A stretch of 64,000 bases of DNA. Origin: Chrysomallon squamiferum (lineage: Eukaryota > Animalia > Mollusca). Both the position numbers and the translations under genes were made by a program. The stretch spans positions 8,184,001-8,248,000 of the forward strand of contig CM022676.1 in the NCBI GenBank assembly GCA_012295275.1. The letters run 5' to 3'. Of the stretch, positions 53,718 through 64,000 are shown piece after piece. Under the pieces are notes generated by a model. It saw nothing but the letters and a program-made list of their open reading frames with translations. It was not told the origin of the DNA and did not search any database. The first letter of the stretch is position 1; each line of letters begins with the position of its first letter.

Positions 53718-55447
53718 ACACACACACAACCATGCTACATGTTAGATTCCGCTCGTGATATTGTTTTCACTTGACTATTTGCAGGATAGTTTTTTCAATG
53801 ATACGTGATTGTTCCGTTGTGGCACAAGATTACTTGACAATACGAGAGATGGACGGAATTACAGACGCAGTGACAGATTTATGTGTCCAAGGAAAACGAG
53901 AATACATTCGAGAATGTTTAAGAGACTTGTTGAAACAAGGTAACTTTTTCTATCTATCTATCTATATATGTATTCCATCTAATTCGTTTTATTTGTATAT
54001 ATTTATATAGACGTATTTATTTACTTAAACTTAATTTTTATTTCTTGTTATTTAAATGTGTCTGTATGGTACTGCTTAAATGTTTATATATATATATATA
54101 TATATATAATATATGGAAAATAAAATAATAATAATAATGTTTTTTCTGTGATTTTATTACTATTATTATGTTTGTTGTTAATATTTCATTATTATTATTG
54201 TAATTCTTTATTTTTTATTTTTTTTCGTTGATAATTTTATATGATTCTTTTTGTTGTTTTGTTTTGGTTATTATTTTTAAATTATTATTTTTACTTTTTT
54301 TTTTTTTTTTTGCTTTTATTTTATTTTATTATTATTTTTTTTTTTTTTTTTTTTGTATCGATGTGGCTGCTGGTATTTTTATTAATATTATTATATAATT
54401 ATTTTTACTATTATTATAAAATAATTATTTATATTATTATACTTAATATTAATATTATTGCAATTGATAATATTGTTCTTACAATTATTATTACTATTTT
54501 TGTTACTTTCATTTTAATGATGTTAAACATTTTTCTTTTTTTATCTAGTATTTTAAAAAAAAATATTTATTACTATTATTGGTTTTTTCATGCAAAAGTT
54601 AAGAAGCATGAAATTGAAAGTAAAATGAAAAACACTGAAAATAAAATACACAATTTTGAAACTAAAACACAAGAAATTGAAAGTAAATTGGAAAACACTG
54701 AAAATAAATTGCAAGATTTTGAAGCTAAACCACAAAAATTGAAAGAAAAGTATCAAAATAAAATAAAAGATTTTCAAATGGAAACGCAAGAAATTGAAAG
54801 TAAAATGGAAAACACTCACAATAAATTAGAAGTTTTTGAAACTGAAACAAAAGAAATTGAAAGAAAAATGGAAAACCTTAAAAATAAAACAAAAGGTTTT
54901 GAAAATAAAACGAAAGAAATTGATAATAAAATGGAAAATTCTGAAAATTTATTGCAAGATTTTCAAAATAAAAGGAAAGAAATTGAAAGAAAAGTGGAAA
55001 ACACTTAAAATAAAATACAAGATTTTGAAAATAGAATTCAAGACACTGAAAATAAAATGTATGAGTTTGAAACCAAAAGGAAAGAAAATGAAGGAAATTT
55101 TTTGAAAACTGAAAGTGAAATGAAATAATTTGAAACTAAAATGAGTCATACCAGTTTCAAACTGGAAAGCCTTGAAACTACAACACACAAATTACATGCC
55201 TCTGTTACAGACCTAGTGAATAGCATGAACAGCATAATGGATAAGATTCAGTTTATCGAGACTAATACGACAAATTGGATTTCAAAGTTTGAACAGAACA
55301 CGTCTTCCTGGGTCGGAAGTCTCGAATTGCGAGCTCGTAGATTTGAGGACATCACTCAGCTGAACAAACATCAAATCAGTGCAAACTATGACTATCTCAA
55401 GTACCAAACTACTTACACATGTGAGTTGCTTAGCATTTTAAATTTTA

Positions 55448-55487
<40 letters not shown>

Positions 55488-56496
55488 ATTTTGTTATATT
55501 TCATTTAGGTACATTTTTAGTTAATATCCTTTATTTCTCAACTTACCTTCATACACAGACACACACAAACAAAGTCAGATGCTCGCACTTACATTCACAC
55601 ACAAACACAGACAATTACATTCATGCACATATGCGTGCACATGCACATTCACACTTACATTCACAAACAAACACAGACACTCACACTTACACACACACAC
55701 ACATGCATTCCTACTTAAATTAACATTTTATTTATGTTTTGTTGGTAATTAATGAATGTATTTTAGTTTGGAGTTTGATCATCATTTTCGTTGTTCTGAT
55801 TGCTGTAACCTGGAAACTGCTGATGTCGTGGAAAAGATCACCTAGTAACAGTGTTCACCAAGGAAACACAGCTGATGTAATGAATAATCTGTTATTTAGA
55901 GCTTTCCATGCAAATGAAATACGGGTAATTTTCTTTATAACACACACACGCGCACATACAGACATATACAGATAAACATACACACTCGTATACATACACT
56001 TGTAAATACATACATATCCATTCTTACACACATACATGTATAATATACACATACACACACCCATACAGATATGCAAATACATACACACACATTCACATAC
56101 ATACTAAGATATACAAATACATCAATGAGTGATTGCATATATCTGTTTATATATATAATCAGAAATTTATATTAAATTTACCAGAACAGGGTGATGACAA
56201 CATTCTTAGCAAGGTTCACAGAGAGAAGCTTAATCGAGAAGTCTGCACAATCACTTTCCACGGTGAAATGTCTGAACAACACGTCAAGCAGACATCAGAG
56301 GTTCTTGTCAGTGATCCAGCAATAAAAACTGTTGATATGTTGTTGAACCGGTTTGAGGATATTCTGCAAGTACCTCGCTCTAAGGTCTACATAGTCTATG
56401 TAGATTACAACGAGAGGAATGTGATTCTTGAAGACCCAGCAAAGGGACCTGGGAACATGAGACTGACAAATGTTCAGGCGTTACGTAAAATGGGTG
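53534..56496 (+). pseudogene. Coiled-coil receptor family member C: leader - two-Cys module - 21-aa-repeat coiled coil - TM - alpha/beta domain; two in-frame stops and last exon missing
   Basis: Exons 53534-53607, 53785-53939, 54599-55420, 55767-55924 and 56190-56496, phases consistent. In-frame TAA at 55006-55008 and 55126-55128. Exon 56190-56496 differs from 41677-41983 at only 5 of ~102 aa. I found no equivalent of exon 43067-43269 downstream. Confidence 0.75.
54602..55140 (+). repeat. Coding ~63-bp (21-aa, three-heptad) tandem repeat
   Basis: KTQEIESKMENTENKIxDFET-type units repeated ~7-8 times. Confidence 0.8.
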
Positions 56497-57374
56497 GTGA
56501 GTTAGATTCCAGTAACACATAAAGATTGTTTGACAGGACCTCAGAGTACTGTGATTTGAAATAAATTAGTAATTTCAATAATAATAGTGATAATAGCAAT
56601 ACTAACAGTAATAACAGTATAATAATAATAATAATAATAGTAGTAGTAGTAGTAATAATAAAAAAAACAAAAAATAATAATAATAATAATAATAATTGTA
56701 ATAATAGTGTAATCATAATAATAATAATAATAATAAGACATTCTTGTATGTATAAAATAGTGGTGAGTTAGATTTCAGTAACACACAGAGATTTTGGTTT
56801 GCAATAAATTAATAATGATCTGAATAATAATAGTAATTGTAAAAATAGTATACCACTAATAAAAATAACAATAATAATAGAAATATCAGTAATAATTATT
56901 ATAACAATAATAATAATAATAATAATAACAATAATAAAAATAACTACTGCCACAACTAGTAACTTTAAGGAATATTTTCACACAAACATTTTAATTTTGA
57001 TTATTGCTATCAGGCTGATCAGCGTAAATAATAAGTAAATTATGAATTATATGTTGAGCCGAAAAATCAAGCGACTTGTTTTTCTCCAATGTTGATTCTG
57101 TCACTGATTCGATCATTTTGATATAATTATATAAAAAAGAAAGATATCGAACAGAAACATCTCTTTATTACTTAAATTTAATAACAATAATAATAATTTG
57201 ATGAAGGCGATTGTGAAGAAGAAGATGAGGATAATGTTCATTATCCTCATCATTTATTATTATTCCTAATCTAACAGTAAAGTAAAAAAACAAACCAAAA
57301 AAAAACAACAAAACAATTTCACTTGCTTATTTTTATAATTATCATTATTTATTTATTTATTGACTTAATTCCAG

Positions 57375-57642
57375 ACTCAAGGTGTACAACCTTCACAATT
57401 CCATGGCAACCCTCAGTGATCTGAAGTCAAACAAAGATCTTGTTGTCGATACAAGACTAGTAGAACCATTTAATGCAAGGACTGGATCATTGTTTCAGTT
57501 CATAGGAGAGCTGGATTGTTCAGCAGATTCTTCTGACTTGACTCTCACTGCTCGAGTTATAAGATGTGTGGATGGAATAGACCTTGTTATGTATCAGAAA
57601 TCTCTAGAGATTCAGAGGCAGTTTTTACAACAGAGGAGTTGA
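57375..57642 (+). CDS. TEN1: CST complex subunit TEN1, terminal coding exon only (5' exon not found in window; possibly a pseudogenic fragment)
   Basis: The acceptor is ttccag|A CTC AAG (phase 2, completing the GR|L). LKVYNLHNSMATL...LVVDTRLVEPFNARTGSLFQFIGEL...LTARVIRCVDGIDLVMYQKSLEIQRQFLQQR matches, from memory, the TEN1 OB-fold pattern (human VLVCTKLVEPFHAQVGSLYIVLGEL...VKARVLTCVEGMNL). Confidence 0.85.
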
Positions 57643-58100
57643 TTGTGACCGTTCTGATAGAAGGACTGTGAAAAAAACCTTTTTCTTTTATTTTAATGCA
57701 AATCAATTTTTGAAAATCTTTGAACACTGGAAAATATTTTCTACAACAGAGGAGTTAATATTCATTCTCAACAATATTTATTTAACATTTTTTTTTTTTT
57801 AAAATCAATTTTGAAAAATCTTTAAACATTGAAAATATATTTTCTACAATATAGGAGTTAATATTCATTCTCAACAATATTTATTTAGTTTTTTTTTTAA
57901 TTATAAATCTGTTTGTGTTTTGAAAACTCTTTAAACATTGGAAAGATATTTTCTACATCAGAGGAGTTGATATTCTTTCTCAGTAATATTTATTTAGTGC
58001 TTTTTTTTATATAAATCTGTCCATGTTTTGAAAAATCTCTAAGCATTGGAAAGACATTTTTTATGACAGAGGAATTAATATTCATTCTGGCTGTTTTTAT
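57622..58100 (+). repeat. ~105-115-bp tandem repeat beginning in the last TEN1 codons
   Basis: ttt(c/t)tacaacagaggagtt(g/a)a recurs at ~57622, 57738, 57841, 57950 and 58058 with shared flanks. Confidence 0.75.
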
Positions 58101-58189
58101 TTAGTGTTTTAGTATAGACCAAAAAGGGTTATTCCAATGTCAAATCACCCAGAGGGTTTAAATAAACCATGTTCAATTTTCCTGTTATT

Positions 58190-60330
58190 CAGTGTCTAGT
58201 TTGGACTTGGCATAATGTGCCCGGATTTCAAATATTAGTCTCTAATATCTTCAACTGTTATAATATCATGTTCAGAAGCACTGGAATGAGTTGCCTCATT
58301 GGGTTGTGATACAGGTGCGTGTATGGATGTAAACCAGTCATCATGAGGCAGGGGGTTGCACATCCAGTTGCAACAGTGCAGAGATTTCATCTCATTGCAG
58401 GATCATTGACTGGGATGAAATTCCATGAAGAAATGCCACACTTCTTGACTAGTAGATAGTGGTGTTTACATTGTCTCCCTGAAATGATATAAAATAAGTA
58501 TAAAATTAGATCTGGTTATCAGAAATGTGCAGTGAAAAAAGCATATCTACATCTATTATTTCTCATTTACTTGTGAGTAGTCCAATGATTGTTCTAAAAT
58601 GGCTTTCATTTTTCAATCATGCACTGTTTTTAGTGGGTATAGCTCATAAGACTAATCCCCAAGAGCTGTAAATCCAACTGACTCCAACTTTTCATACCCC
58701 AAAAAGGTCCCCAAGAAATGTCTCAGAGTGCATCCATCATTATCGTTGATGTTACCTTTTCTTTCTAATCCAGCAAGTTCAAGCACATCATCAGTATAAG
58801 TTGTGTTGGTGTCTTTTTCACTTGGCACACTGAACGTTGTCTCACTGTCACAGGAACGAATGATTTTTTATTATTTTTAATTTAATCATTTAGCATCTCT
58901 CTGTTTCCACTTTCAGCTGTCCAGTTATTTTAACTGAATCTTTTCATATGTGTAGAAAGAGCTGCTGTTTAGATGAGGCAAAAAATCCTCAACTTTTAAT
59001 CCAGCATCTTTCCTCACATCTATAACAGTAGATTGGTCCATGTGGATGTATGCTTGTCTAAAATGTTTTCCACCAGGCAAATCCCTAGTTTGTTATACAG
59101 ATAGCACACATAGCTCTGTGCAGCAGAGTCCAACAGCTCTTCAGATTTGTTGTCATGTTTGGGATTAGCTGTGACAGCTACCACAGAAATATCAGCTTGT
59201 GGACTCAGTTTACAAACAGTGAGATGTGTTGGTGAAACAAATTATAAAATTTTATGAAACAGATGATTTCCTTTAATGTTTGTTGAAATCTCAAATCCAT
59301 TTCTCAAAGATGGTGTTGAATTTCTTCACCTTTTCAGGACACCAAAGAATTTGCTTTCTGGAATTGTTTCTGTGAAGTAGTGGACTTTTTTTCAAGTCCA
59401 TGAATTCATTCTTCAGATAGACTAGAACTACTTGCTGTAATGTATGCATTACTGTTGTCAAATGTTTCTTCACTGACTATACAAATGTATTGATGTTTTA
59501 ATATATAATATTTGAGTTTGCAATGGGCTGCAAATGGATAGAGTGTGGCCTCCTTGTTTTCCCAGTGAAAACTCCTCCTGCACAACATACAAGTTTTTGG
59601 TAAAATAGTTTCTTCTAACAGCTTTATTAATGATTTAAGGTCCTTCATGTATAACTATGGACTCTGGAATTTTGCAGTACAATTCTGGCTTTTTTGTTGT
59701 TGTTGTTGTTTTTTTTTTTTTTTTTTTTGGATTCTCTTTCAGGAATCAGTTTTGTTCTTTTGATGCCAGTCTACTCCTTGGATATTATGAATTTATGGGC
59801 TCATCATCAATCACTTCATCACAGTTGTTAAAGCTTTAAGCCTTCACAACCAGGACATTTCTTGTATGACATCATCCCACACATTTTCACTGAACTCGTT
59901 CTTCAGACATGCTGGTGATATTTCCTGGTACAGAAAAGATAAGTTTCTGATGATACAGCAAGATCAAACCATTTCAGAACAAAGCTGTGAATGAAGAAAA
60001 TCCAGTCTCCTTTCTGGATAGGATTCTTTCCAAGGAGAATAAAACTTCTTGAACATTGATAAATTGTCTGCTTTCAGTTATACTTTATTATGAATTTCAT
60101 CGAATCTTTAATTCCGGGACAAGTCTCACTATTTTCATCATGTTCATAAAAACAAAAAAACTCATTTTCAGTTCTACTGATAAAGCTTTACCCTTGTTCT
60201 TATGTCATTGTCCTAATATACCATTCTGCCTTTTTTAACATGACAACTTTTTTCACTAGGTTTTTTGTGTCTCCAGATTCGTTCATAGTCCTGCCTATCA
60301 TCCAAAATCACCAGCTATGACAGGGATATA
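58190..60330 (-). pseudogene. Decayed coding-like sequence, with a possible PHD-finger remnant near its 3' end
   Basis: Higher GC, few microsatellites and broken minus-strand frames. 58330-58450 gives fragments KKCGISS / SCNEMKSLHCCNWMCNPLPHDDWF, reminiscent of a PHD finger. No intact ORF. Confidence 0.3.
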
Positions 60331-62741
60331 ATAAATACTAAAATGTCAAATTTCCCTACTGCATTATAGTGCATTTTGTGTTTATTATGGTTAGGTACAT
60401 CTACTAAAAGGTGGCAGACATGCCCATATTTTTGAAATGTAAGATGGTGAGGCTAAAATTTTACATTTTGAATGACCCTAAAGGTTTAATTAAATTTTAT
60501 CTACATCTGTTTATTCTATTTTTTGTTAAGTCATTTCATTTTAGTTTAATAATAATAATATAGCTCATAAACTTAACCAGATCCAAGACATTTTCTCTGA
60601 ACTTTGGGTAGCTCGCATAGCCTTTTAAAAAGAGCAAACAATCAACCCAGCAAATAATAATAAAAGAACTGCCATGTTGTTGTTGTTTTAACATAACTCA
60701 TACTTTGATTCCTTGGTGTCAGGCAATTTGGTGATACAGCATTCTTATATGTGCATCCTCTCTCTTCTGTATTTTTTCAAAATATCATATTGTGTTGTGA
60801 ACTGTTGAATGCAATAAAGTGTATGAATAATAAATGTGTTATGTGTGTGCTTGTATTTTTGTGTGTATATGTGTGTGTGTGTGTGAGAGAGAGATAGAAG
60901 CTGGCTGAAAAACACAGAGGCCTGTGTATTTTGTGATTACTTCAGTGTCAAAGAAAGAATATTAGATAAGGAAAAAGGAGAGAGATATATATGCTGAAGC
61001 AAAGAGGAGTTCAAGAGATTCTTATTTTTTCTTTCATAGAAAAATACAAAAAACAACAAAACAAATGACATTCAGTCTGAAACAATAACCTGTTTAATTC
61101 TATCAAAGTTGTTCACAGCTTTCTCATAAGCCAGATTTATTATCATCATCATTGTTATAAATAGTGTCATGTTTAAAGTAAGAAAAAACAAAACTGAGCT
61201 AGCAAATATTTTACAGCATATGCAAACTTTCCTTGCAAAGTATTATTATTATTTCAATTACTTATTATAATATATAAATACAAAAACGTTATCTGAAAAA
61301 AGAAGAAAAAAGAAACCCCATATGTCATAATAAACATGATATAAATCAGTTTTTACAAACCACGCAAAAATAGAGAACATTTGATGAATTTCCAAAGTTA
61401 AATTTCCATAGATAAGAAGAATATATATACTGAAATCAAAAAGTTTTTAAAAAGAGATAAATTAACAATAATAAAATTGCAAAAAATCAATTAATTTGTT
61501 AATGAGATTGATTAACAAACACAGTGAAATCATGAATGCCAAATTAGTCAATATTAGTTTATGTGCCCTTGATTGGAAATCTCCAATATTTTCTTAACTT
61601 TTATTTTGTAATTATTTGTTTTCCTGAACACAAAAAGAACAATTTTGGTGCATTTTAAATGATAATTTAATCTGGAAAAATTGAGACAGAGCTAAATGTA
61701 AAACTGATTCTAGAAGAAAAAAATGTGGATACAGAGAGCTGACAAATTTTTTAACTAAAAATTAACACTAAATTTAAGAACAAACAAACTGGAAAGAAAA
61801 CCTAACTATATACCTGTGTATGTGTGTGTGGACACACATATATATATATATATATCTCTGTTTGTGTGTGTTTTACATAAAACATATTTGGTGTTCTAAT
61901 TTTTTCTCAAATTTCGGCCCTCTTACTAGAGACTGAACAATACACAAAAACAGAAGCAGTAAATTAAATGATGAACACCAAACATGGAAAACTTACATAC
62001 TAATGATAATAAATAAATATAAAAACAGTAAAATTTAAAAATTGAGCATCCAATTTAAAGGGTTATGATGATTTTTGTTAGATGTTAATAAATAACATAA
62101 ACTGATGCATGAATACATGTTTTAAATTGTATAAACAATATATGTTATTATAATTTAAAGAAAAATAATAATCATAGTAATTTTACTTTGTGAAGTAGCT
62201 TCATTAATTAAAAACATCTCTCAGATGTTTAAGTCTGTTTCAAAATATAATAGTAATAATATGTTTGGTAATATTGTTTGAATTATAAATCAAGAAAAGA
62301 AAGGAAAAATATCATTTTTAAAAAGAATATACCATTAATTTGCCTATATTAATTTTTTTTTTTTTTTTTTAAATTAAAGTTTTAACATTATATTTACGAT
62401 CAAGAATATTTTAAGAAACAATCCATTTAAAACTAACATCACTATCATAAAAATTGTCATTTAATACTTATTTGAAATTTTATCAACATTCTTCATTGTG
62501 TGAAATATTGAAATATAAAGTTCATAGGATTTTCAATTAATCTGCACTTTTCAAATTTGTATTTAGATTATAAGACAGAAGCTTAAATTCTGTGAGTCTA
62601 ATATACAGCTTTCAGAAATTCAAAAAACACAACAGAAAGAAAGAAAGAGATAGAGAAGGCGCCATTTCTTTTTTAAAAGCTGTGTCTTTGTGAATCAGGC
62701 AAATGTTTTGTCTTCGTAAGAGCAAGCTTTGAGTATTTTTC

Positions 62742-62777
62742 TCAACGAAAAATTGAAACACGAAGACTTTTATTTAC
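62742..62777 (-). CDS. Possible short terminal exon of a minus-strand gene lying beyond the window
   Basis: Strong acceptor ttttgtttttcag|GTAAAT followed by VNKSLRVSIFR* and a long AT-rich UTR-like tract. Frame is unverified. Confidence 0.2.
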   Translation of the reverse strand, partial: VNKSLRVSIFR

Positions 62778-63709
62778 CTGAAAAACAAAACCACAGTTAT
62801 TAAAAAAGAAGAAAAAAAAAAAACGAGTTAGAAAGAAAAGTTGTCTGGAGCTTTTAGTTGTAAAATTAATAAATAAAGTAAGCAAATCTGTCTTTTTTTT
62901 TTTGCGTTTTCTTCTTTCAGTTTAAACATTCAGTAAATATTCATAAGTGTTTATAGTTAGTCATTGTAAGTAAAAAATTAAATTGCTGATTAAGAAGTAA
63001 TTTGTTAATGCCTATATTGTCCTGTTTGATTATATGAAGAAAGAAAAAATGGCCAAAAAAGATTCACATTTTTCTAATTTAAAAAAGATTTAAAAAAAAA
63101 GGAAGAAAGAAAACAAACAAAAACCAACAACAACCAGCCAAAAAAAAAAAAAAAAAAAAAAAAAGAAAAAAAAAAGCATTACTGAAAAATTAATTTAAAT
63201 ATAATAATCATTGTAAAATTGTTATCTTACTAATGATACAATTATGAATTGCACATACTTGTATATTTTTCATTTAAAAAATAATTAAAGGAAAAACAAC
63301 AAAATAGAGTAAATAAACAATTTTATATGGTATATTTCTAGTTGCATAATAAAAAGTTTAAAAACAATATTATGAAAACTACTGACATCAAGTTAAAACT
63401 ATCTATCCATTGTTTACTCTAAACAACAGCTACCACTAATTACTAATATTTTCTAAAAGTCATTAAACTAGAAAACTTTTAAGTAATACAAAACAAAAAA
63501 TAATAAATATTTGTTAAAAAAACAGACTGATGTTGGGATTCCTATTGTTTGAAGTTAGATGATGATGAATTTAAATACAATTTTTAAAATGAGGTCGAAA
63601 GTTTGTGCGCCTATTTGGGCTAATTTAAAATTTTGGCAGTCGTTTCATGTGTTGTTAAGAATCTATCTTTCATTTCCAGACTTTTCTTATCTGTTTTAAA
63701 CATTGTTAC

Positions 63710-63745
<36 letters not shown>

Positions 63746-64000
63746 GCATTGTCATGATTAGATCATACAAGTTTATGATTATGAAGTAATTTTTAACAGT
63801 ATAAATTCACTATCAAAAACATAAAATAAATAAAACAATAAAAAAATCACCTATAAAATAAACTGAAAGAATATAAAACAAAATTTACAATATTGTCCTA
63901 TATTGAATACTTTTGTCACTGAATTATTATATTTTTGGTCATGGTTTAGAAATAAACAAAATACTTTCCCCCTATAAAATTAACAGGTTTTCAACTATAA

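Noticed and set aside
55006-55128. Programmed read-through or selenocysteine in member C
   Set aside because: Both stops are TAA, the least leaky codon and not a Sec codon, and the gene also lacks its last exon.
53534-57642. In-frame splice of the phase-2 exon 53534-53607 onto the phase-2 TEN1 exon
   Set aside because: The phases are compatible, but the exon has no TEN1 N-terminal similarity and joins naturally to 53785 to make a hydrophobic leader.

Overview
This is AT-rich, microsatellite-dense eukaryotic DNA. From composition and gene families it is most likely a mollusc, cephalopod-like; that is inference. The window has two 200-N scaffold gaps. Most ORFs in the supplied track are microsatellite artefacts, so I assembled genes by hand from GT/AG sites with matching exon phases. 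The result looks like a compact innate-immune-like cluster. It holds a secreted PAN-EB-PAN protein and two divergent, membrane-anchored IFI44-like P-loop GTPases. It has an ~8-kb tandem array of BTB-BACK-PHR (BTBD3/6-like) genes: one intact, one frameshifted and one cut by a gap. It also has a small single-Ig type I membrane protein and an unrecognised 3-4 member family of coiled-coil membrane proteins. That family has variable ectodomains and a nearly invariant cytoplasmic alpha/beta (TIR/SEFIR-like?) domain. IRF/ISRE-, NF-kB-, AP-1- and CRE-like motifs occur around these genes. Also present are an orphan TEN1 terminal exon, a non-autonomous Tigger/pogo element, a decayed coding-like stretch and a 3.4-kb gap-bounded duplication that may be an assembly artefact.
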